A stretch of 62,780 nt of DNA, filler included, from Streblomastix strix (Eukaryota), in assembly GCA_008636045.1 (NCBI GenBank). It is 4 parts of 4 records of this genome, joined end to end, with 100 filler letters (N's around TTAATTAATTAA, not from the genome) between each part and the next. Parts side by side here need not be neighbours in the genome. Positions count along the whole stretch, not along the records: positions 1 to 15,641 come from SNRW01000954.1; 3 more parts are not named here. One strand, written 5' to 3'. The notes under the pieces are model-generated. The model searched no databases. It worked only from the letters and a program-made list of their open reading frames with translations, and was not told where the DNA came from. This document shows positions 1 through 12,317 of the stretch, one piece after another (position 1 is the first letter of the stretch; each line of letters begins with the position of its first letter). Both the position numbers and the translations under genes were made by a program.

Positions 1-44
1 AGATACAAATGAAGATCAAATCCTTTTCGCTCATAATATCTATT

Positions 45-847
45 AACAGGAAGGAACAAGAATAACATTTGAGAAATGTGGTGATGAACATGTGGAGAAG
101 TTCTAAATAGAAGTTGAAGTTGCATAAACACAAACTAATAATTCATAAGATAAATTAGATTAATAATAGAATTAAAAGAAGAAGAATGAAATAATCTAAT
201 TATAATATCTTATTCCACCAGCAGATGTTGTATTTATAGTTAAATGTAAAGTGAATAGATATTATGAGCGAAAAGGATTTGATCTTCATTTGTATCTTGG
301 AGATTGGAAGTAATGGAAGGATAATGAATATATAAGCGACGGGAATATATTGATACCATCTTTAGATTATGATGAGAGTAAAGAATATGATAATGATGAT
401 AATGATGATAATGAGAGAGAGATTATAAATGAAGGAGAAGATAATAAAGATGGTAAGAAGTAGAAATATCCTCAAACACAACTAATTCCACTCAATGAAT
501 GTTTTCTCTTTACAAAAGACTACTGGAGAGAAAGAGATAAAGAAAGAATACACGATCATCACAAAGCTGAAAAAGATAAGAAGGATAATCAAAAGCCAAT
601 TAATGAAGACATTATTAGTATTGATGATATTAGAAGGAGATCTAAGAAATAAGCCATTCAAAAGGAGCATGATAGAGGATTAGGTATTATTATGAGTTAG
701 TTTGATAGGAAGATGGATAAGGATCGTATTAATAATATGCTTACACCAGAGTGTGTAATATTAATTCCTTGTTCTGGTATGCCAAATTATAAAGCATAAG
801 GATTGTTCGGTGATTTGATCATTCATATTGATAAAAATAAATAATGA
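45..847 (+). CDS. DnaJ/Hsp40 C-terminal substrate-binding region (5' truncated at contig start)
   Basis: Frame 2 with TAR=Gln gives GTRITFEKCGDE...PPADVVFIVK...YERKGFDLHL...GMPNYKAQGLFGDLIIHID, ending TGA 845-847. These match DnaJ_C motifs with acidic inserts. Bases 1-44 are an inverted copy of 254-297. Confidence 0.8.
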
Positions 848-1099
848 ATTTAACGTAATTTCTATTGAGTTAATTTCTTTTTGTTAAACTCTCCACTGTT
901 AGAATTACATATTAATAAAAGATTTTATTTACGCACTTGCGTGAAAACTGATGTTTTAAAGGGAAATTTATTAAAAAAGGAAATCCTCATTATTTTTCAT
1001 TAGAATTTATTTATTTTTAACAATTTTTCCAGAAATTTGCTATTTTTGATACACTCCTGACATGTTTGGCAGCATATGAAGAGCATTTATGTAAAACTG

Positions 1100-1693
1100 T
1101 CATAAGTTCTCAGCAGAGCGGAATATCACAGTATTTATGTAGTAATTCTACTCATCAGACCTCACTAGAATGATAGTCTCAATGAATGACTTCTCCATTT
1201 CGCCATGAAATGTAATTGTACCAGAAACTGTTGCATGAATTCCTCTGTAGTTTCCTTCGGGATCTATAATAATGATTAGAAGAAATATAGTAGTGAGGTT
1301 ATATAAGAAAATCATAGTGATTTTACATGATAAAATTATAGTGATTTAACACATTATATTTAGTATATAATAACAATTGCATACCAAAGAGAGGTTAACA
1401 GTCAAGCGTAGTACGGACATGAGTGGATGTTGGCAATTGTTAAAGAAATTGACCAATTTTGTCCTATACTTAATCATCATTCTTAACTATTTGCCCATCA
1501 AAAACTATCTAGCTATCTCTTCCAAATAACTACAAAAGTTTCTAAAAAATATAATTTATGATAGTAATATAATTATCAATATTGAAATCAAAACTAAGCA
1601 TACAGCGCGGTCGTGGTCGTAATTATCATAGAAGAAGTCGACGTATTTCGCTCCGTGCGCACACACATCGCCAAGAACTTAATCAATATCCAT
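1100..1693 (-). CDS. NXT1: NTF2-like nuclear export factor (NXT1/p15-like), 3 exons
   Basis: MDIDQVLGDVCAHGAKYVDFFYDNYDHDRA/KLLQLFGRDSQIVFDGQ...QFLQQLPTSTHVRTTLDCQP/...VSGTITFHGEMEKSFIETIIL...YYINTVIFRS. Two GT-AG introns. Confidence 0.75.
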
Positions 1694-2496
1694 TGTAATG
1701 TACTAAATACATAAGAACATAAGAGTAAGAAATAATTTTAATATGATTCATTCTTCTTCATTCGTTTTTTTGATTTTTGACAAAAAAAATTTTGCCTCAA
1801 ATTACTCGTTAGAAGATATAGTGTAATAACTTTTAATAATATAAATATAAACTAATAAAAGTATTAATTATAAATAAAAGTTGCTCAAAGATTATAATGT
1901 TAAAATCATGGCGAGAATAATATTCGAGCTTTTAGCAATTGTTAAGATTATATTATTGTTTTGGTAATATGAAATTAGGAAAGTATTACATTTATGTATA
2001 CCATTGATAAATAAAAATTGGTTTTGAACATTTGAGTGACCAGCAATACTCGAAAATGGAAAAAGCATAGAATTTCTTTCAGTGAATAAAATTAAAAGTA
2101 GATGTACATTCTATAAAATACGGCTACTTCAAATAATAATATAAATAGAACTAAATAGTAAAAAAATAGCCCCTGGTTATAAAACACGAAAATTTCTTAT
2201 TCTTCATTTTTTATTGAAAATAATGAAATTTTATTATCCTTACTTATACGTTATTACTATACATTTAAAAAATTTCTAAGGAAATAGACCTTTCACTTGC
2301 TGATTTATTATTAACTCCTATTTATAATTATTACAAACTTTACATGAAATGATAAAGAAAAATAATAAATGAAAGTGAAATTAATATTAGATTTGAATAT
2401 TAATAAAATACTTATTAAAATATTAAATTAAATTTTGAAAAGGTAATGAAAAAAATGACTTATTATGAAATGTAATAAAATTAAATCATTCGACAT

Positions 2497-3461
2497 TCAA
2501 TGTTTGCAGATTGGACAAGTTTTGCTTTATCGAAGCCATTATACAATACAATCATAATGGTATGTGTGGAAACATTACATAGTCAGCATTTCGTCTCCAA
2601 TATTTGGATCATTCAGACAAATTGCACAATTTCCAACGTTACTTTAATTATCTTTGACTGTGAAATGAGGAAGTGTAGTTATTTCCTATGTAAAAATATA
2701 ATTTAGAAGGAAATAAATAAATAAATAATATATATTGATAATCATTCACATTATTATACCTCTTCACTCATCACAATTTCAACTTTCCCAATATTTTCTT
2801 CCAATTCTAAAATTTAGTCATAATTCATTGAATCAATATCTATATTGTCCTAAAATATTTATCCATCATTAATTATCCTTTCATTTTATTAGATATTATT
2901 AATATGATCAAATTAATCATTATTATTATCTATGTTAGATATTTCGTCCAATAGATATTATTTAGCTTTATTAACGTCTCCATCTGCAACTGTAAGAGCT
3001 TAATCAACTTATTCATTTGTGAATCCCATCTCAATCATCTGGATCATTGAAATAGAATTATCATCATTTTATTATTATGAGTTTATTTACCCATTAAGAA
3101 ATTCAATTGCTAAGTTCAAATCTCCTCCAGAATTATCTAATGCTGTTTTTGATTTATTCTATTCATATCCCATTTATATGAGAAAGTTTATTTTTTATTG
3201 CTATGTGTATTCCTATTCAAAAGAAGGTTATTATTTTTGATTTGAAAATAAACTTAATAGTTTATTTTTAATTTTCCGTTTTTTCAATGGATGAGTTTTA
3301 TTCGATGTTTTTTCATCCAATATTAATATCATAGCTTTGTTTACATCCCCACCTGATGCGTCAAGGGCAGTCTATGCTTATTCTTAAGTAAATCCCATAG
3401 ATATGATCTAATTAACTGAAGTAATATCATAATGCAACTGATTTAATGGTATTAAAGACAT
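2497..3461 (-). CDS. Three UBA domains + C-terminal RING-H2 E3 ubiquitin ligase
   Basis: Three MG[FY]...AL...GD[VL]N.A repeats (SMGFTQEQAQTALDASGGDVNKA; QMGYEQNKSKTALDNSGGDLNLA; EMGFTNEQVDQALTVADGDVNKA). After one intron: CAICLND...CFHTYHYDCIVQWLRQSKTCPICKH*. Confidence 0.9.
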
Positions 3462-4324
3462 TATCAAAATCTAATCGTGATGAAAAAGCATAAAATATTA
3501 AATAATAATTAGAGTATAAAATATTAAGTAAAAAATTATTATAAAAAGGGAATATCAATAAGAGTGTTAAGAAAGAATAAAATAAGCAAGTTATATATCA
3601 AATATATATAAATTTCACTGGATATTCTGGTTTTTTTCTCAAAAAAATAGTTTTCATATTTCATTCTTACTCCGAGTTCATGTATTTCATATGTATGATA
3701 TTTATCATTTAAAAACTAAATAACATATATTATTATATTGCGTTTAATATGATTCGTGGTTATACTTTGGTTTTTTCTTTATGAATATTTAACTTTGTTT
3801 CTGTAAAATTAATACTTATTTTGAAAATAGCATTCAAGTTAGTGGATTCAAAATATATATTTATGTTATTATACACAAAAATATTATATTTAATTAAACT
3901 TTCAATTTCTTGTTTAAGAGTGATATTTCGTTATATATTTTTAATATAACATTTCTTGGCATTCTTTCAGTATGAAATGTAAAACAATTACATTTTCAGC
4001 ACTAATTTATTATTTATGCCTCTTCAACAAGATTTTATGATATTTTATCATAAGATAGCTGATTTATGAGACAATCCAAACAATCGCATTTTTCTGCATG
4101 GTTTTCATGACAATTAAGACCATATTAATATAAAAATAAATATGCATATGCATTCCAACTTATTCTTATTATATGTCATATTTTAAACTTATTTCAGCTG
4201 AGAATATACAATTTTATGGACAATTTTAAAACAGAAGTTTTACTCGGTCCACAAATAATTATTTTGTATTTCTTTATATTCATTTATTATTGATGAAATT
4301 ATTTATATTTTCATACTAACTAGT

Positions 4325-7300
4325 ATGGGTCTTATTGTGATATTCCTTCTGCTGAATATTGGAGTTTGGGCACTTCACACATTTGAAGCTTTCTCAATGC
4401 TATAAATAAGTATTCCTAATGCAGGAGTGGTTGGATGCCGAGGACAGACAGGATTTGAAATTGAAAAAGATTCAATATATCGCATTGATGACATCCCCGA
4501 AGATACATTTGACTTTATTCTATTCAACACATCACTTCGATCTCGTGGAATTCTCATACTCCTTCCAAATGAATTCACTTCTAAAACATGGAAACGATTA
4601 TCTGAACTTGAAAGTGTATTCTTAGAAAGATCTACATCTGTTCCTATATTCTTTGCATTTGAAGATGATGAGCTTCTTAATGTACTTCATCGATCTAGAT
4701 CAACAGCATCATCGAAATTAAGAAAGACCTTCTTCTAAACAAAGAATCGTAGAGGTTAATCAGGATCTAAGATTCATTCATTAACAGGAGTAATGGAAGG
4801 AGCAGGAGATAGATCATCTATTCCAACTATTGCAGTTGTAGCCAATTATGATACAATGAGTCTTATACCTGGATTATCTGAATAAGGAATAAGACCAACA
4901 AGTGGAACAGTTGGTCTTATTGAAGTAATGAGGGTGTTTGAGCGAATGTATTCAGATCCACAGACAAGACCTTCAGTTAATTTAGTATTTGTATTAGCTG
5001 GAGGAAGTGCTATTCATAACTATGAGGGAGTACGTACTTGGTTTGAGAAGACTTTTAGAGGAGTAAAGAAACAGGGTGATAAACAAGTATCTTCTTCTGC
5101 AGTATGATTAATTAATTAATTAATATATTATTATAATTATTATAATTATAATTATCTTATCTATTAATATAGTTTGGTTCTACAGGTCCATTACCATAAG
5201 CCGCACTATTTCTAGACTCATTAGGTATCACCACAGAACAAGAAGATAAAATAATCTCAAAAACAGCCCAATAAATAGTAAAGATCAAAGATCCAGAATA
5301 ATCAGAATCTGAATCTGGATCTGAAATTGATTCATTAATAGAAGAAGATGATGATGGATTCTATGATGACTAAGGATAGTTAATAGATGGACAACTAACT
5401 GCACATTATAGTGTGAGTGCAAATGAAGTAATAGATGAAGAATCCAGAAGATTGGTTGTTCAGATGAAATTAATGAAGAAGAAAGAGAAAGAAAGAAAAT
5501 AAGAAGAGAAAGAAAGAATAAAAGGAAGAAATATTGATATTGATGATGTTGAAGATGTAGATATTGATGATGTTGAAGATATTAATGAAGATGAAGATGA
5601 AGAAGATTAAATTAATAAGAAGAATGAGAAAGAAGATAAAAATGAAAGTTAATAAGATTCGGATAAAGATCTATTCTCAAGAATAAGAGAATATATTCGA
5701 TATAAAAATGATAATATGCTTCTTTAGACATTAAAATCGTGTGTTCATAGATGTTCTGATTATAATGAAATTTATGATTTGAATGATTTGACTATAAATA
5801 ATATTAATAATAATAATAAAGAAGAATAATAAAAAGAAGAAGAAGGATAAAATATCAAACATTCACAAACTCAACATAATAACCATCATATTCGATCCAA
5901 ATAATAATAATTACTTGTCAGGGGCCGAGAGATGCGAAATCTTCCAGTTCATATCCGACAGAAAAGAGCAGATGAATTGGAAGATATAAAAAGACAGAAG
6001 AATCGAGAAAGAATGTTCAAAGAAGTTGCTCAGAAGAAATAAGAAGAAAAAGATAATAAACTAAAGAAAGAAACTCAAATAAACAAATAATAATAAATAT
6101 TATAGAATAAAAGAGAATAATAATAAGAATAAGATAATATAAATGAAGATGAATATGAATAGAACTAATATGAAGAATAAGAAGATGAATTAAGTGAAAG
6201 TGAAACGGAAACTGAATATTCAGATGTTGATGAAGATGAAGAAGAAGATGATGATGAAGGAAAGAAGATAAATAAAGATACGAATAAGAATTAAATGAAT
6301 ACAACACAATAAGCAAAACCAGCTTCAAGACTTAAGAAAAGTGAAAATGAAGTAAAAAAAGATAAAAAACATAAGAAAAGAAAAGATGGTCAGAAGAGAA
6401 AAGAAGAAAGAAAGAAGAAGAAATAAGAATTAGGAATAATAAATGAAAATACAAATTAATAGGATGTATAAAAAGATTAAGATATAGAAGTGAGTGCAAA
6501 TGGAACAAAGAATGAGAAGAATTCTAAACTATAATCAAATAAATAGCAGAAACAAAAACCAAATTCAAATCTGAAGGAAAAAGAACAAAAAAATAATAAA
6601 TAGAAATAATAAAAATAAACCCAATAATATGATGATGAAGAAGATGCATATTCTTTCTCATAGAAACAGTAACATTATTAAACAAACACATATTAACAGA
6701 AGAATAAACAGAATAAGAACAAATAGCAAACTAATAAATAAGGATTATAATAAAAGCAGTATTCTGGAAGTGGACAGGCTAATCCTAATTAATAAAGACC
6801 TCCTCCTTTGCCTTTGAGATCTCCTGTTATGCCACATGAGGTATAATATTAATATAAATAAAGAATATTAATAAAGATAATAATAATAATTAATTGTTTT
6901 ATATTGTCTGTTTGTGTATATTTCATTATCATCATATTTTATTATTTAATTAAAGGTTCTTTCAGATACAACAGAAATATAATCTATTACTTTAACTACT
7001 CAAAGAGTTCATTCAATTCCTATTAGTATGAATATATTATTATTTATTATATAAGTTAATTAATATTAAATGTTGAATGAATGTAATCATCAAAATTGTT
7101 TGTTCTTTTCTTCTTCTTATATATCTTCATTAGCTCTGAATAGTGAAAGTGAAATGAAAAAAAGAATATCAAGATTTATTTATAGGACAAGAATTGGAGA
7201 AGCCAAAAATATTGATTTATAACGTTTGAGAAAATATTTACAGACATTAATGTTTATATTTATATTATAAATTATGATATATATCTTTAATATTTATTAT

Positions 7301-9550
7301 TTCTCACTCTTATATATTTATAAATTGATATTCATAGCTGGCAGTCCAACAATTACATCCATGGCTAAGCATACATAGATAGTAGTTGAGACAATCCTTG
7401 ATCTTATTCGGTCTTTGTCCAGATTAAGTGTCCAAGTAAATATCTCAGATGTGAACAATGTCAAAAATAGTGAGAAGTTTATTGAGAGATTCCAGAAGTA
7501 TGAGAAAGATGAGCGAAAGAAAGAAAAAGAGAAAGAAATGGAGATTGATAAATTGAAAGGTAAGAAAGAATAATTGAATGAACAGATGTGCTTCACATAA
7601 ATTGTGAAATCAAACAGAGCATCATAATAGTCACAATAATAATAAATGTCATCCCAGACATAATTGAAGATAAATTCATCTTCATCTTCTCCATTCTCAG
7701 TGAGTGAAGATGAAATATCGGATTGGATGCAGTTCTTAACAACTGGAGTATGTTATTCATTATTATTATAATTCAGCAATTAATTCGTTAATTAAATTTA
7801 TTATCTTTATTTATATATGTAAATAATAAGCCACATTCATCTTGGTCTTTAGCATTAGCTGCTAATCATACTCGTATTACTTCATTCATAACAGATGATT
7901 AAGTATTGAATTCTACTTATTAATATTCTTTATTCATTTTCTTATTCATTTTATTTATTTATTTATTTTATTTATTTATTATTAGGTTCCATAATTTGAT
8001 TATGAATCACTCAATAAAACATTACCCAAACAAACAAATACAACATCAACAACATCTTCAGATTCAGTTGATATAAATGCATCATAATAATAACAGTAGC
8101 AATAAAACATAATAAATAAGAATAAAATAAATAATAAGAAGACTTATTAATAGAAATAATCCTATTTAACTCCTTCACTTTCATCATCTCCTGTTTTATT
8201 AGCATTCTCAAAAGCATTTGAAGAAATGTGCACAGAAGTATGAATTAATATATGAATATATTAAAGTAACATTTATTATTAATTATTTTAAAATAATAAA
8301 TCAACTTCTTATTTCATTATAATTTTTTACTCATCAATGCATATATTCATATATACATATTATTATAGGGAACAGTAAACTGGATTTCTTCTCCAATTCC
8401 CAAATCATTCCCATAAGTGACATCTGTATATGGAGGGGATCTACCTTCATTACATTCATAATCCCAATATGATACTAATGGGAGAGAAAGAAATGTAAAT
8501 ATGAAGAATGAAGATGAATATTAATATTAGTAAAACTAATAGGAATAATATGTGTATAGTATGATAGGGAAATTAATAAATAAATATTATATAATCATTA
8601 AATTTATATTGCATATTTATTTTCTTTACAATTTTTATTTGATTTACTATTTTATTATCCATTTCAGGCACTGGTTCAATAATAACAACTATTCCATCTT
8701 ATATTACATTGATTCAGTCTTCAATTGTATTATTGTTCCTAGTATTAATTTATTTTGGCATTGAATTCTGTGGAGCTGGAATGAAAACAAAGATTGGTGA
8801 GAGTTTTGGTATTAAAATATAAATAATGAATATGAATATGAATATAAAGAATAATTTGATTTAACTTTTATATAATCCTAATATTTATATCCATTATATA
8901 TTTAAATAGGATTTGGAATAAGCAAAGAAGAAAAAATCAAATTGAAAGAAAAGAAAGAAAAAGAGAAAAAAGAAAAGAAAGAGAAGAAAGAGAAAGAATA
9001 AGAGAAGAAGAAATAAGAAGAAACTAAATAGAAAGAGAAAGAGAAGAAGAAGGAAAGGAAGAAGTAGAATTAATAGAAGAGGAAAGCGGAGAAAGCCTTA
9101 TAATAGAATAAAGATGATGATAATGAAGATGATGATGAAGAAGAAGATGAATAAGAAGATGGAAAGGAAAAGAAAGCAAATAAAGTGAAGAATAAGAAGA
9201 ATGAAACAAATGCAAAGATACAAAAGAAAGATTCAAAAGAGAATGAAAAAGAGAAAATGAAAGATTAGGATGTGGATAAAGATAAAAATAAAGAGAATAA
9301 AGATATTGATGATAAAAATAAATTAGAATCAAACACTAATAACATCAAAGATTCCACTGATGATATAAATGAACCAAAAGAAGAAGGAAAAAATTAAGAT
9401 TAAGATAAAAAAGATAAAATTATTGAAGAAGAGAATTAAGATGATGAAGATGAAGATGATGATGATGAACTTCCTGATCTCATTGATGATGAACTTCCAG
9501 ATCTTATCGCTGATGAAGAGCCAAAATCAGCTTTGAATGATACAAATTGA
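4325..9550 (+). CDS. NCLN: Nicalin-like type I ER membrane protein, multi-exon, with very large low-complexity insertions
   Basis: Signal peptide MGLIVIFLLLNIGVWA; core IPTIAVVANYDTMSLIPGLS..SGTVGLIEVMRVFERMYSDPQTRPSVNLVFVLAGG...NYEGVRTWFE; ALFLDSLG; TM IQSSIVLLFLVLIYFGI (~8715-8765); charged tail to TGA 9548-9550. Downstream exon chain inferred by eye. Confidence 0.75.
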
Positions 9551-9852
9551 ATTTGAATTCAATTTGTCGAAAATAACTTAATTTTTTAATCTTCATTTCA
9601 TTATCATCAAATAGTAATTATTTTTAAATAAACAAAATGAGTTTAAACAAATAATATCAAAATTAAATCTGATTATTTTTGATCATTTATTTTATTGATA
9701 CTTGTATAATAATTAAAAATAATTTATAACCTTAGATAAAAAAGATGTATTAGAGTTTAAATGAATCGGTATGAAAGAATATCAGACTAGATACTAAGTA
9801 AGAATAAAAATTTATCCTTCATTTTCTAACTTTCTATTTCTGAATATAAATT

Positions 9853-11049
9853 TCAGCTCTTAATTGTCTTTTATTTCTTTGCCTTCTTCTTCCTCTTCTT
9901 CTTATCTGAATTCTCAATCCCCAATTAACCTGCATCTGATCCTCCTTATCCAGGAGTCTATTATATTACATCTCCATCCATATCAATGCTCCATAACCCA
10001 CTGTCCATCTCAAATTCAGAGTCAAACTCTTCATTTTGATCTTTTTCTTTATTCTTTACTTATTCTTCATATGCAGAAGATGGAGGAATAAGATGTGATT
10101 ATGGATTGGATAGAGATAGTTTATCTGATTTGTTTGGGCTGGATGGATCAATTTTTGGAGATGATGTATAATCATCTATTTTAGTGGTTTTGGCTTCTTT
10201 TTCTTTTCCTTCTTATTTCTTCTCATTTTATTCATTTGTTTTGACTTTATTCTTCTTTTCTATCTTCTCAGGTTAAGTCTTATCTTTCTTTGTTGAGTCT
10301 TTATAATTAGATCTACGAGATGTCTGACTTGTATATGATCTCTGTGTCTGTGATAATATACTCTAATTGTCTGCATTCTTACTCCTTTTAGTATATTGGG
10401 ACCTATTCTGAGTCTAATTCCTATTAGATAGTCTATCAAGTATATCCTGGGCATACTTTATCTCTTTTTCTGCTGCACGGATGTCATTCTTATATGGAGT
10501 ACTGGGACCGACTTCTTTCTTAAATATTGATGCTATCTGATTCATATGATAAATCTCGTCTTTCATTCCTTATAGATCTTTCTCATTATTCTTTTGTTTC
10601 AGCTTCTCTTTGTTTACTTCACTGTCTAATTCAATAAAGTCTTTTCCTGGATTAAGTGATTATTCCAATACTTATGTTTTAATTAATTATTATTCATTCT
10701 TTTTTTTCTCGAGATCTTTTGTTGATTATTCCAGTTATTCCAGTTCATTTTATATTTCTTTCTTCTATTTAAGAATCAATTGGTGGTTCAATGCAAGAAT
10801 TGGTATAACTTTGTCAAGTTCTTTAGTCTTTTCTTAAGTATCACGAATCTCCTAACTAAGAACTTATTATTATTCTAATAAACGTTCAAAATCACTCTCT
10901 TTAGCTTTTTGATTACCTTACATAGCTCGAATCTCAGCAATAAGGTCAGCACGTTTGATTTACATTTCTTTGGTGAGCATATTCATCGATTTTATCAGAT
11001 CAAGTTCGTGATTTATGTTATTCATGTCTGAAATTTTCAGATCATCCAT
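9853..11049 (-). CDS. Coiled-coil hypothetical protein (~398 aa) with Ser/Pro/Lys-rich C-terminus
   Basis: Open frame under table 6 from MDDLKISDMNNINHELDLIKSMNMLTKEMQIKRADLIAEIRAMQ to KKAKKQKTIKS*. A further upstream exon is possible. Confidence 0.7.
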
Positions 11050-11410
11050 TTGAAAGGTTCTAATCTTCGGTATTCTACAAAATAAGTTTATTAATGCAAA
11101 AATAAATAAATAAAATTAATATAATGTTGATAAGTTCGGCTTTGTAAATAAGATTGGTGAGAAAATTAATTTTTTTTAAAAAAATTAATTGACACGTATT
11201 GTTTGTCATATTCTAGACTTTGCATATAATATTGGCAAGTAAACATATTTATGAAAATAAATGCATGGTATTCATACAAAAATCAACAGAAAGGATAAAA
11301 CTGCCAAAGTATTTTCAATTTTTTTGTTCTGTAGTTTAAATATAATGCATTTATTCTTTACTGAAATATTATTTAAAAATTTAATCAAATTCCAATAAAA
11401 ATTATTGATT

Positions 11411-12220
11411 TCATTTTATTCCAAGGTTATCAATGTCAGGCACACAAACTAAGCGTAATGTAACATCTCCAAAGTCTGCAACACTCTTTCTATCTTTGTC
11501 CATGTATATTAAGTGTTGTGCACCAGTACATTCTGCACCATTTTATACCTGTTTAAAAAGTTTCATTTATGAATTATTATTAAAATAAAATATGTTGTTA
11601 ATAATCTTATTCATTTAAATTCATCATACCCAAAATTTATTCTCTCCAATTCTTATAAATATTCTTCCAGATCTGGTTACGCATAAGATACCCATAATTC
11701 CAGTTCCAACTCCAATAATTGGAGTTGGTGGTAGTGTATCAGGTATTAATAAAGTAGGAGGTTTAGATTATTAATTAGATGTCATTGGAGCAGTTGATGA
11801 TTATTATTATTATTAAGAGGTCTGTTATTTCATTTAAGATTAAGATGGTTGAGTGAATGATGAAGAAGATTATATTGTTAATGGAGGTGGTATTTATCGT
11901 TATTGAACTATATTCTATGGTACATTTGGTTATGTAATTGCTTATGTTCTATTAGATGCTTCATTTTCTAATATCTTTCTATATGCTTCCTTATTTGCCT
12001 TTGAATCTGATGAAGTAAGAAAAGGAAGAACACTTGGCATTTGAAGAAGGAAAGGCTTTTCTACTGGGAGAATAATACGTGTGTCCTATAATATCATTAT
12101 TATAATTATAAGGAATTAGAATATTAATAAAAACTATTAAAAAATAATAATTAATAACCTGATTGTCTTCAATTATAACTTCTTCTAAATTTTCAAATTT
12201 TATGTTTTTATTAAATTATA
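11411..12220 (-). CDS. RPC4: RNA polymerase III subunit RPC4 (C53) C-terminal domain; 5' end unresolved
   Basis: FLLQMPSVLP...MGILCVTRSGRIFIRIGENKFW/VQNGAECTGAQHLIYM...FGDVTLRLVCVPDIDNL matches the RPC4 domain pattern. Introns at ~11550-11628 and ~12088-12158. Confidence 0.8.
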
Positions 12221-12317
12221 TTTCTATATTTTACAATTATTAAATGAATATTCGCAATTTTCAATTAATAAGAAACAATTTATATTTTTATAATTAATTT
12301 TATTTTAATTAATATTT

